Shown here piece by piece: positions 16,379 to 25,344 of a DNA stretch of 41,923 nucleotides. The notes below the pieces were generated by a model, which saw only the letters and a list, made by a program, of their open reading frames with translations, had not been told where the DNA came from and made no database searches. The DNA lies in the IMG/VR virus record IMGVR_UViG_2630968543_000002, one strand, 5' to 3'. Made by a program: the position numbers and the translations under genes. Positions within the stretch are counted from its first letter, which is position 1. The number at the start of each line of letters is the position of its first letter. The DNA is from a virus. Taxonomy: Duplodnaviria; Heunggongvirae; Uroviricota; Caudoviricetes.

Positions 16379-18058
16379 ATGGCGGAAACAACTAAAGAGC
16401 GATTGAACAAACAGTTCGCACAACTTGAAAGCGAGCGTCAGTCGTTCGAGCCGCACTGGCGCGAGTTGAGTGATTACATCAACCCGCGTGGTTCCCGCTT
16501 TCTGACTTCTGAGGTCAACCGTAACGATCGACGCAATACGCGCATTATTGATTCGACCGGGACTATGGCGGCGCGCACTCTCGCCAGCGGCATGATGTCT
16601 GGTATCACAAGCCCCGCCCGTCCGTGGTTTCGCCTGGCTACGCCAGATCCTGAAATGATGGATTATGGCCCTGTTAAGTTGTGGCTTGAGGCGGTGCAGA
16701 ACCGCATGAACGATATGTTCAATAAGTCGAATCTCTACCAGTCGCTGCCGCAGTTATACGGAAGCCTCGGCACATACAGCACTGGTGCAATGGCAGTGCT
16801 GGAGGATGACGAGGACATCATTCGCACAATGCCATTCCCGATAGGCAGTTACTACCTGGCTAACTCACCTCGTGGCAGTGTGGACACCTGTTTTCGCAAG
16901 TTCTCTATGACTGTTCGTCAGCTTGTTCAGGAGTTCGGGCTAAATAACGTCAGCGAATCTGTAAAAAGCATGTGGGAAAGCGGCACCTACGAGAAGTGGA
17001 TTGAAGTGATGCATTCGGTTTACCCGAACATTGACCGCGATACATCGAAGCTGGATAGCAAGAACAAGCCATTCAAATCGGTTTATTACGAGGTTGGTGG
17101 CGATAACGACAAGTTGTTGCGTGAGTCCGGATTCGATGAGTTTCCAATTATGGCTCCGCGCTGGGAAGTTAACGGCGAAGATGTTTATGGATCATCATGC
17201 CCGGGTATGCTGGCGCTTGGACCTGTTAAGGCATTGCAGCTTCTCCAGAAGCGTAAGTCGCAGTTGATTGATAAAGCCACCAATCCGCCGATGGTTGCTC
17301 CGAATTCCCTCAAGAATCAGCGCGCCTCCCTTCTTCCTGGTGACATCACGTATATCGATCAGATTACTGGTCAGGATGGTTTCAGGCCTGCTTATCTGGT
17401 TAACCCCAGTACAGCAGATTTGGTGGCAGACATTCAGGACACTCGTCAAATCATTAACAGCGCCTACTTTGTCGATCTGTTCATGATGTTGCAGAACATC
17501 AATACCCGCTCGATGCCTGTGGAAGCGGTGATCGAAATGAAAGAAGAAAAACTTCTGATGTTGGGGCCGGTTCTGGAGCGCCTGAACGACGAATGTCTTA
17601 ATCCTCTCATTGATCGCTCTTTCTCGATGATGGTGCGTAAAAACATGCTGCCGCCACCGCCAGACGTGATGGAAGGTATGCCCCTGAAGGTCGAATACAT
17701 TTCCGTCATGGCTCAGGCGCAGAAGTCTATCGGCCTGTCCAGTCTGGCGTCCACGGTTAACTTCATTGGTCAACTTGCGCAAGCGAAACCAGAAGCTCTC
17801 GACAAACTCAACGTTGATCAGGCGATCGATGCATTCGCTGATATGTCCGGAGTGTCTCCAACCGTCATTGTTCCGCAGGAACAGGTTGAGCAGGCTCGCC
17901 AGCAACGGGCACAGCAACAACAGCAGCAACAAATGATGGCGATGGGGATGGCGGCGGCACAGGGTGCTAAGACGCTAAGCGAAGCTAAAACTTCGGATCC
18001 GAGTGTTTTGTCAGCTATGGCGAATGCAGTTAGTGGTCAGGGTGGGCAATCACAATGA
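16379..18058 (+). CDS. Portal protein (T7 gp8-like head-to-tail connector)
   Basis: 559-aa ORF directly after terminase; Gln/Met/Ala-rich C-terminus (QQQQQQQMMAMGMAAAQGA) resembles the T7 gp8 C-terminus as recalled. Confidence 0.8.
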   Translation: MAETTKERLNKQFAQLESERQSFEPHWRELSDYINPRGSRFLTSEVNRNDRRNTRIIDSTGTMAARTLASGMMSGITSPARPWFRLATPDPEMMDYGPVKLWLEAVQNRMNDMFNKSNLYQSLPQLYGSLGTYSTGAMAVLEDDEDIIRTMPFPIGSYYLANSPRGSVDTCFRKFSMTVRQLVQEFGLNNVSESVKSMWESGTYEKWIEVMHSVYPNIDRDTSKLDSKNKPFKSVYYEVGGDNDKLLRESGFDEFPIMAPRWEVNGEDVYGSSCPGMLALGPVKALQLLQKRKSQLIDKATNPPMVAPNSLKNQRASLLPGDITYIDQITGQDGFRPAYLVNPSTADLVADIQDTRQIINSAYFVDLFMMLQNINTRSMPVEAVIEMKEEKLLMLGPVLERLNDECLNPLIDRSFSMMVRKNMLPPPPDVMEGMPLKVEYISVMAQAQKSIGLSSLASTVNFIGQLAQAKPEALDKLNVDQAIDAFADMSGVSPTVIVPQEQVEQARQQRAQQQQQQQMMAMGMAAAQGAKTLSEAKTSDPSVLSAMANAVSGQGGQSQ

Positions 18059-18351
18059 CAGATTACGAAGACGATCAACTGAAAGAAGAAAACGCCCGTA
18101 AGCAACGTGACATGGCACAGCGTGAAATTGATGACATTCGCTTTGTCATGAGCAGTGAACAGGGGCGTCGCGTTGTCTGGTCGGTGCTGGAGAAAGGCCG
18201 GGTGTTTTCCGCTATCTCTCCGATGGATGCCATGGCAATGGCATTTAATGAGGGGCAACGCAATCTGGCGCTGGAACTGTTTCAGCGCGTTATGGCGCAT
18301 TGCCCTGAACAGTATTTGAAGATGGCCAAAGAGGCCAGTGAACAGGAGTGA
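18055..18351 (+). CDS. Hypothetical virion-module protein (98 aa)
   Basis: ATGA overlap with the portal stop. Confidence 0.5.
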   Translation: MTDYEDDQLKEENARKQRDMAQREIDDIRFVMSSEQGRRVVWSVLEKGRVFSAISPMDAMAMAFNEGQRNLALELFQRVMAHCPEQYLKMAKEASEQE

Positions 18352-18353
18352 TC

Positions 18354-19049
18354 ATGAGTTTATTTGAGCGTTTGCTGTATCGCCGTCTTTGCAATGAGCA
18401 ACAAGTCGATGGTGGGGCAGCACCGGCTGCGTCAGAACCGTCAGCGCATGCAGGTGATAACCCTGCTCCAGCTGGTGATCCATCACAACAGGAAGGTGAT
18501 AAGCCACAACCTGTTGTTGATGTCGATAAACCTGATGATGAAAAAAAATCTGAAAACGATAAGCAGGGTGAAAAAAAGGACGGCGATAAACCAGAGGGTG
18601 CGCCGGAGAAGTACGAATTTCATGCTGCCGAAGGCGTAGAGCTGGATACAGAAGCGTTGAAGGAATTCGAGCCAGTGGCGCGAGAACTTAACCTGACCAA
18701 CGAGCAAGCGCAAAAGCTGGTTGATGCTTATCCGAAGATTCTGGCAGGTGTTCAGCAGCGCCAGGCAGAAGCCTGGCAGAAAACAACCGAGCAGTGGGCT
18801 GCGGATGTAAAAGCTGACAAAGAAATCGGTGGCGACAAGTTGATTTCTAACCTTAGCGCCGCACAGCGTGCGCTTGACCAGTTCGGGACACCTGAACTCA
18901 AAGAATATCTGAACACCACCGGGCTGGGTAATCACCCTGATCTGGTCAAAACGTTCGTGAAAATCGGAAAGGCGATGTCTGAAGATGGCATGGTCACCGG
19001 TGGTAATGAAGGCCAGCGTAGTGCGGCCGAAGTGCTCTATGGCAAATAA
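18354..19049 (+). CDS. Putative scaffolding / capsid assembly protein
   Basis: Position between portal and major capsid; highly acidic Lys/Asp/Glu-rich N-terminal half; GGAG Shine-Dalgarno. Confidence 0.65.
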   Translation: MSLFERLLYRRLCNEQQVDGGAAPAASEPSAHAGDNPAPAGDPSQQEGDKPQPVVDVDKPDDEKKSENDKQGEKKDGDKPEGAPEKYEFHAAEGVELDTEALKEFEPVARELNLTNEQAQKLVDAYPKILAGVQQRQAEAWQKTTEQWAADVKADKEIGGDKLISNLSAAQRALDQFGTPELKEYLNTTGLGNHPDLVKTFVKIGKAMSEDGMVTGGNEGQRSAAEVLYGK

Positions 19050-19057
19050 GAGAGGAA

Positions 19058-20050
19058 ATGACAATGGCTGTTAAAGGCTTAACTGCGCTAACGCTGGCTG
19101 ACTGGGGTAAGCGCGTCGATCCAGATGGGAAAGTCGATAAGATTATCGAGCTTCTCGGTCAAACTAACCCGATCCTTCAGGATATGCCTTTTGTCGAAGG
19201 TAACCTTCCTACCGGACACAAAACCACCATTCGTTCTGGTTTACCTTCAGCTACCTGGCGTTTGCTGAACTATGGCGTACAGCCAAGCAAATCAACCACA
19301 GTGCAGGTAACCGATTCCGTTGGCATGCTGGAAACCTATGCTGAAGTCGATAAGTCACTGGCTGATCTGAACGGTAATACCGCCGAATTCCGCCTGTCTG
19401 AAGACCGCGCATTTATTGAAGCGATGAATCAGCAGATGGCGCAGACGCTGTTTTATGGTGATTCCAGCGTTAACCCTCAGCAGTTTATGGGACTGTCCTC
19501 CCGCTATTCCAGCCTGTCTGCGGGTAATGCTCAGAACATCATTGATGCTGGTGGCACGGGTACAGATAACACCTCAATCTGGTTAGTGGTGTGGGGCGAA
19601 AACACCGTGCATGGCATCTTCCCGAAAGGGAAGAAGGCTGGCATCCAGATGGAAGATAAAGGCCAGGTGACACTGGAAGATGCTAATGGCGGCAAGTACG
19701 AAGGCTATCGCACCCATTACAAATGGGATAACGGACTTGCTCTGCGTGACTGGCGTTATGTTGTTCGCATTGCAAACATTGATGTCAGCAATCTTTCAGA
19801 ACCTTCCTCTGCCGCAAATATTGCGAAGTTGATGGTTAAAGCACTGCATCGCATTCCAAACCGTGGCATGGGCCGCCCGGTGTTCTACATGAACCGCACT
19901 GTAGGCCAGGCTCTTGATCTGCAGTCTCTGGAGAAAACATCTCTGGCGATTAGCGTAAAAGAGACTGAAGGCGAGTGGTGGACGTCATTCCGTGGTGTAC
20001 CAATCCGTGAAACTGATGCGCTTCTGGAAACAGAAGCCCGCGTGGTGTAA
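19058..20050 (+). CDS. Major capsid protein
   Basis: 330-aa ORF following the scaffold gene; GAGAGG Shine-Dalgarno; size and position typical of a T7-like or HK97-fold major capsid protein. Confidence 0.75.
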   Translation: MTMAVKGLTALTLADWGKRVDPDGKVDKIIELLGQTNPILQDMPFVEGNLPTGHKTTIRSGLPSATWRLLNYGVQPSKSTTVQVTDSVGMLETYAEVDKSLADLNGNTAEFRLSEDRAFIEAMNQQMAQTLFYGDSSVNPQQFMGLSSRYSSLSAGNAQNIIDAGGTGTDNTSIWLVVWGENTVHGIFPKGKKAGIQMEDKGQVTLEDANGGKYEGYRTHYKWDNGLALRDWRYVVRIANIDVSNLSEPSSAANIAKLMVKALHRIPNRGMGRPVFYMNRTVGQALDLQSLEKTSLAISVKETEGEWWTSFRGVPIRETDALLETEARVV

Positions 20051-20101
20051 CGCCTGTTATTAACCTGTGGGTCGCAACAGGCCCACTAATGGAGAAAGAA
20101 G

Positions 20102-20539
20102 ATGATCACCGACAAACTGTTGATGTTCTCCGAAGCACAGGCGGTAACTGATACCGCGGCTTCTACTGACGTAATCGATCTCGGTCCAATTGACGGAAAC
20201 CGTCGCGATATCGGCGTGGGTTATCCGCTTGAGTTTTGGGCGCTGGTTAACGAAGCCGCCACGGCAAGTGGTGAGGCAACTGTAAACATCCAGTTGCAGA
20301 CGAGTGAGAATAACAGCTCATGGTCCACTATTTATGATAGTGGCGCACTGGCAAAGGCCACCCTGACAGCAGGTAAGCGAGTTGTTTCTGCAAAGGTGCC
20401 AGCCGGTGTTCAGCGATATCTGCGTGTTAACTACTCCGTCGCAACTGGCCCACTAACGGCTGGCAAATTCACTGCGGGTATCAATCTTGATGTTGATGCC
20501 AATACGCCGTATCCGATCCGCTCAAAAGTAACTGGTTAA
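20102..20539 (+). CDS. Hypothetical structural protein (145 aa), possible capsid decoration or adaptor
   Basis: GGAG Shine-Dalgarno; position after the major capsid gene. Confidence 0.5.
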   Translation: MITDKLLMFSEAQAVTDTAASTDVIDLGPIDGNRRDIGVGYPLEFWALVNEAATASGEATVNIQLQTSENNSSWSTIYDSGALAKATLTAGKRVVSAKVPAGVQRYLRVNYSVATGPLTAGKFTAGINLDVDANTPYPIRSKVTG

Positions 20540-20549
20540 GGTGATATTG

Positions 20550-20885
20550 ATGTCAGGTGAGAAACCAAGATACCGCGTTCTGCGCCTCTCTCATATCCAT
20601 AACACTCTGTGGCCGGAGGGGGCAGAAATCGAATACGAAGGTGAGCCAGGTAGCGCACTGGAACCTGTTAACGATGCAGCCAGACAGGCAAAAGCAAAAG
20701 TTGCAGGAAAGGTGTCAATGGCAGCAACCAGCACCAAAATCATCAACGATGTGTCAGATGATGGTGAACTGGATAAGCTCCGTGAAGAGTACAAATTGCT
20801 CTTTAACGAGAAGCCACACCATAACGCCAAAGCAGAAACGCTCCGCGAGAAGATCGCAGATAAGCGTAAAGAACTGGGCGTGTAA
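20550..20885 (+). CDS. Hypothetical structural-module protein (111 aa)
   Basis: ATG at 20550 with AAGGTGA upstream; followed by a terminator. Confidence 0.5.
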   Translation: MSGEKPRYRVLRLSHIHNTLWPEGAEIEYEGEPGSALEPVNDAARQAKAKVAGKVSMAATSTKIINDVSDDGELDKLREEYKLLFNEKPHHNAKAETLREKIADKRKELGV

Positions 20886-20902
20886 GCCTCGCGAATCAGA
20901 CA

Positions 20903-20923
20903 AGGGGCTTCGGCCCCTTTATT
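20903..20923 (+). terminator. Rho-independent terminator or attenuator inside the structural module
   Basis: AGGGGC-TTCG-GCCCCT hairpin followed by TTATT. Confidence 0.55.
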
Positions 20924-20935
20924 GCAGGAGTGTAT

Positions 20936-21259
20936 ATGGAACTCGTAAACCTCAAAACCGGCACTGACAGCTACCAGGATGAGAGCGGAGAAACCAGAAC
21001 TCGCGATGAATACCCGTGGGGGCTGTGCATCACGCTGAATAACGACACATTGAATAAGCTGAAGGCGCAACCTCAGGGCGTCGGAACAGAAGTGATGATA
21101 ACTGCAAAGGCTGTTATTCGAGGCCTGTCTGCCAGAGAAACTGACGATGGTGTTAATCGCAGCGCCGATCTGCAGATCACTGATATGGCAATCGCTCCTG
21201 TTTCCGGTGATGTAGAAAAATCAGCGGCTGAAACTCTGTACGGCAATGGGGGTGAGTAA
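20936..21259 (+). CDS. Hypothetical structural-module protein (107 aa)
   Basis: GCAGGAG Shine-Dalgarno 5 nt upstream of ATG. Confidence 0.5.
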   Translation: MELVNLKTGTDSYQDESGETRTRDEYPWGLCITLNNDTLNKLKAQPQGVGTEVMITAKAVIRGLSARETDDGVNRSADLQITDMAIAPVSGDVEKSAAETLYGNGGE

Positions 21260-21864
21260 TGGCCTCTGTAGTAGAGATCTGCAATCGCGCGCTGTCCAAT
21301 ATTGGCAACAGCCGCAGCATTAACAGCCTGACGGAAGCCAGCAAGGAAGCGGGGGAATGTTCGCTGCACTTTGAGGCCTGCCGTGATGCTGTGCTTTCTG
21401 ATTTTGACTGGAACTTTGCTACCAAACGCGTGGCGCTTGCAGATACGAGCAATCCACCGCCTGACTGGGAATATGCGTACCAGTACCCGTCCGATTGTCT
21501 GCGCATTACTGAAATTATGCTTCATGGTGTACGCAATCCAACAGCAGCAATGCGCGTTCAGTACGAAGTTGGTGCAGACACCAACGGAACAGGAAAGTTG
21601 ATCTACACAGACCAGCCGCAGGCATGGCTCAAGTATGTCTCTCGCGTTACAGATGTGAACATGTTTGATGCCATTTTTATGGAGGCGCTGGCCTGGCGTC
21701 TTGCGGCAGCTATTAACATGGCGCTTACTGGGAATGCAGACCTCGGTACGTTTGCCCTCAATATGTACAATCGCGTGATTCTTAGTGCTGGCTCGCATAG
21801 CCAGAATGAATCACAGGAACCACAGCCACCGGTTGACGAGTTTACCATTGCGAGGTTGTCCTGA
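21259..21864 (+). CDS. Tail tubular protein A-like (T7 gp11 position)
   Basis: 201-aa ORF; N-terminal pattern (CNRALSNIGNSRSINSLTE) resembles T7 gp11 (VNDILASIGEPPVSTLEGD) as recalled; TAATG overlap. Confidence 0.6.
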   Translation: MASVVEICNRALSNIGNSRSINSLTEASKEAGECSLHFEACRDAVLSDFDWNFATKRVALADTSNPPPDWEYAYQYPSDCLRITEIMLHGVRNPTAAMRVQYEVGADTNGTGKLIYTDQPQAWLKYVSRVTDVNMFDAIFMEALAWRLAAAINMALTGNADLGTFALNMYNRVILSAGSHSQNESQEPQPPVDEFTIARLS

Positions 21865-24335
21865 TGGCTATCAGTTGGATCCAGCCCAGCTTTGCCGGTG
21901 GTGAGATTGGACCGTCGTTGTACGGTCGTATCGACATGGCGAAGTACCAGGTGGCATTGCGCAAGTGCGATAACTTTATCGTGCGGCAGTATGGCGGCGT
22001 TGAGAATCGACCTGGTACGCGTTTTGTCGGTGCCGCCAAATACCCAAATCGGAAATGCCGCCTGATCCCGTTCCAGTTCTCGACGGTTCAGACTTATGCT
22101 CTGGAGTTCGGACACCAGTACATGCGCGTTATCAAAGATGGTGCGTTGGTGCTGAACAGCAGCAATGTTATTTATGAAATTGCCACGCCATATACTGAAG
22201 CCGATCTGTTCCGAATTAAATTCACGCAAAGCGCCGACGTGCTTACGCTGGTTCACCCGGCATACCCGCCGAAAGAGTTGCGCCGCTATGCGCATGACAA
22301 CTGGCAACTGGTTGATGTGGTAACGAAGAACGGGCCATTTGAAGATATCAATATTGACGAGTCAGTGACGGTTTATGCCAGCGCCAGCACCGGGACAATT
22401 ACGTTAACGGCAAGCGCCTCTATTTTTGGCGCGGAGCAGGTAGGCAAATTGTTCTATCTGGAACAGCCTGCAGTGGATTCTGTGCCGGTATGGGAAACCA
22501 GCAAGAGTACGTCGATTGGCGATATTCGCCGTGCAGACAGTAACTACTATCGCGCCGTTACAGCAGGCAAAACAGGTACTTTGCGCCCTTCGCATACAGA
22601 AGGCACATCATGGGATGGCTGGGGCGGATCCGGTGATGATGATACTGGCATTGAGTGGGAATATCTGCACAGTGGTTTTGGCATTGCCCGTATCTCTGCT
22701 GCAAATGGCACTACTGCAACTGCCGAGGTGATTTCCTATATTCCTTCGCAGGTCGTTGGCGAGGATAATGCCAGCTATAAATGGGCTAAATATGCCTGGA
22801 ACAGTGTTAATGGTTATCCTGGCACTGTTGTTTATTATCAACAACGTCTTTACTTCGCCGCATCGACTGCGTTCCCTCAGACTATCTGGGCCAGCCGTAC
22901 CGGGGATTATAAGGATTTTGGCAAAAGCAATCCTACGCAGGATGACGACAGAATTATCTACACCTATGCCGGACGTCAGGTTAATGAGATCCGCCACCTG
23001 ATTGATGTTGGTTCGCTGGTGGCGCTGACTTCCGGAGGTGAGTACGTCATCACCGGCGACCAGAACAAAGTGTTAACCCCATCATCATTTGCATTCAGCT
23101 CTCAGGGATCAAATGGCTCAAGCAACGTCCCACCAATTGCTGTGGCGAATATTGCTCTGTTCGTCCAGGAGAAAGGCAGCGTTGTCCGTGATCTGGCCTA
23201 CTCATTCGATGTTGACGGCTATCAGGGGAACGACCTGACCATCCTTGCCAATCATCTTTTTCAGAAGCACAGCATTGTTGACTGGTGCTTCTCGATTGTC
23301 CCTTACTCCAGCGCCTTCTGCATTCGTGATGACGGCAAATTACTGGTGATGACCTATCTGCGTGATCAACAGGTTTTTGCATGGGCACCACAGTCCAGTA
23401 CCGGAAAATATGAAAGCACATGCAGTATCAGCGAAGGCAATGAAGATGCGGTGTATTTCGTCGTTAACCGAACTATTAACGGGCAAACAGTGAGATACAT
23501 CGAGCGACTGTCCAGCCGTTTATTTACCAGCGATGAAGATGCTTTCTTTGTTGATTCTGGCCTTAGCTATGATGGAAGAAATACGTCTGACAGAACGATG
23601 ATCATCACTGGTGGTTCTGGCGAATGGGATTACCGCGCGGAATATACAATCAGTGTTTCTGGTGGTGCGTACTTCACCAGTAGTGATGTCGGTGCTCAAC
23701 TACAGTTCCCTTATACTGGAACTGATCCTGATACTGGCGATGAAGTGTCAAAAGAATTACGTTGCGACATTATTTCTGTAACCAGCAATACCGCTGTAGT
23801 GGTTCGTGCTAACAGGAACGTCCCACCATCCCTCAGGAATGCGGCCACCACGAACTGGCAGATGGCGCGCCGGACATTTGGAGGCCTGTCTCATCTTGAA
23901 GGCCAGACCGTAAACATTCTCTCTGATGCGAACGTGGAACCACAGAAAGTTGTTTCCGGAGGTGCCGTCACGCTGGAATCACCGGGGGCTGTAGTGCACA
24001 TCGGCCTACCAATAACTGCTGAATTCGAAACACTGGATATCAACATTAACGGACAGGAAACGCTGCTGGACAAAAAACAGGTGATCCCGTCCGTTACTCT
24101 GGTTGTGAATGCCAGCCGCGGCATCTGGGCGACTACGCCCGGCGGCAAATGGTACGAATATCCACAGCGTGAATTCGAGTTCTACGATGATCCTGTTGAT
24201 GATGCTACCGGAAAAGTAGAAGTGAAACTGGACAGTAACTGGGGCAAAAACGGACGTGTAAAAATCCGTCAGCTTGACCCGTTGCCGCTGTCTGTTCTTG
24301 CCGTTATTCCTCGCCTTACTGTTGGGGGATTCTGA
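21864..24335 (+). CDS. Tail tubular protein B-like / nozzle protein (T7 gp12 position)
   Basis: 823-aa ORF following the gp11-like gene; size and order match the T7-like tail tube. Confidence 0.6.
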   Translation: MAISWIQPSFAGGEIGPSLYGRIDMAKYQVALRKCDNFIVRQYGGVENRPGTRFVGAAKYPNRKCRLIPFQFSTVQTYALEFGHQYMRVIKDGALVLNSSNVIYEIATPYTEADLFRIKFTQSADVLTLVHPAYPPKELRRYAHDNWQLVDVVTKNGPFEDINIDESVTVYASASTGTITLTASASIFGAEQVGKLFYLEQPAVDSVPVWETSKSTSIGDIRRADSNYYRAVTAGKTGTLRPSHTEGTSWDGWGGSGDDDTGIEWEYLHSGFGIARISAANGTTATAEVISYIPSQVVGEDNASYKWAKYAWNSVNGYPGTVVYYQQRLYFAASTAFPQTIWASRTGDYKDFGKSNPTQDDDRIIYTYAGRQVNEIRHLIDVGSLVALTSGGEYVITGDQNKVLTPSSFAFSSQGSNGSSNVPPIAVANIALFVQEKGSVVRDLAYSFDVDGYQGNDLTILANHLFQKHSIVDWCFSIVPYSSAFCIRDDGKLLVMTYLRDQQVFAWAPQSSTGKYESTCSISEGNEDAVYFVVNRTINGQTVRYIERLSSRLFTSDEDAFFVDSGLSYDGRNTSDRTMIITGGSGEWDYRAEYTISVSGGAYFTSSDVGAQLQFPYTGTDPDTGDEVSKELRCDIISVTSNTAVVVRANRNVPPSLRNAATTNWQMARRTFGGLSHLEGQTVNILSDANVEPQKVVSGGAVTLESPGAVVHIGLPITAEFETLDININGQETLLDKKQVIPSVTLVVNASRGIWATTPGGKWYEYPQREFEFYDDPVDDATGKVEVKLDSNWGKNGRVKIRQLDPLPLSVLAVIPRLTVGGF

Positions 24336-24799
24336 TGATCGATGTTCAAATTATTCCCGCTACCGAAGAGCATCTTCAGATGATTTTGCCGGATGTTCGT
24401 CAGGCTGATATTGACGAACTGTATGCGGTATCGCTGATGACTACCGAAGATGCGCTGCGCGTTGGTCTGCGCACTGCGACTATGGCCTGGTCAGGATTTG
24501 CGAACGGAGAACTAGTAACCATGTTTGGCGTATCTCCGGCGTCAATGATCGGTGGAAATGGTACGCCCTGGCTGGTCGGTACCAGCCGTATTGAAAAATA
24601 TCAGAAGACATTTCTTCGCCACTGCCGACCTGTATTGCAGCAGATGCTGGCAGTTTATCCGCGCCTGGAAAACTATGTCGACGAGCGAAACCATGTTGCC
24701 AAAGCATGGCTGCACTGGCTTGGATTCAGGCTTGAAGAATCCGCGCCTTATGGTGCTCTTGGTCTTAATTTCCACAGATTTCACATGGAGAGAAAATAA
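24335..24799 (+). CDS. Virion-associated protein (gp13 position)
   Basis: 154-aa ORF; TGATG overlap with the upstream gene. Confidence 0.5.
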   Translation: MIDVQIIPATEEHLQMILPDVRQADIDELYAVSLMTTEDALRVGLRTATMAWSGFANGELVTMFGVSPASMIGGNGTPWLVGTSRIEKYQKTFLRHCRPVLQQMLAVYPRLENYVDERNHVAKAWLHWLGFRLEESAPYGALGLNFHRFHMERK

Positions 24800-25344
24800 T
24801 GTGCGATCCGGTTATTGCTGGTGGCGCAATGCTCGCCATGAGTGGCATTCAGGCATACACCCAGTACCAACAGGGAAAGTATGCCTCGAAGGTTGCAGAA
24901 GCGAACGCAGATATAGCCACAGCTCAGGCAAATGATGCAATAAACAGAGGTAACGCTGAAGCTGAGCAACGGCGCAGAGAGACCCGACAGCGGCTTGGTA
25001 CACAGGCGGCGACAATGGGGGCTACCGGCGCTGATTTATCTACAGGTAACGCGCTGGATATATTTGGCGACACTGCCCAGTTTGGCGCTCTTGATTCGCT
25101 GACGACGGTGAATAACGCGCAACGCGAGGCTTACGGTTATCAGGTTCAGGCTGCCAACTATAAAGCAGAAGCCAGTTCAGCCCGTAAACAGGGGAATGTG
25201 GGAGCAGCAACAACATTGCTCACTGCGCCTCTGAAGGCATACGGTGCGTACCAGATGTTTGGTGGGACGTGGAGTCCGTTTACTCAAAGCACTCCTGCGC
25301 CAATCGGGGCAGCAGCAGGAACCAGATTACCCGGAGGATTATAA
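24799..25344 (+). CDS. Internal virion protein B-like (T7 gp14-like)
   Basis: N-terminus MCDPVIAGGAMLAMSGIQAY resembles T7 gp14 MCWAAAIPIAISGAQAISGQ as recalled; GGAGAG Shine-Dalgarno. Confidence 0.65.
   Translation: MCDPVIAGGAMLAMSGIQAYTQYQQGKYASKVAEANADIATAQANDAINRGNAEAEQRRRETRQRLGTQAATMGATGADLSTGNALDIFGDTAQFGALDSLTTVNNAQREAYGYQVQAANYKAEASSARKQGNVGAATTLLTAPLKAYGAYQMFGGTWSPFTQSTPAPIGAAAGTRLPGGL

Noticed and set aside
17195-17932. 245-aa minus-strand ORF inside the portal gene
   Set aside because: Antisense to the portal gene; His/Arg-rich translation typical of a reverse-frame artefact.
20064-20090. Stem-loop right after the major capsid gene, at a position like the T7 T-phi terminator
   Set aside because: Alternative pairings are short (5 bp) and no U-tract follows; not convincing as a terminator, possibly an RNA processing site.
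21073-22307. Minus-strand ORFs 21073..21798 and 21603..22307 across the tail tubular genes
   Set aside because: They run against a tightly coupled plus-strand operon and lack ribosome-binding sites.
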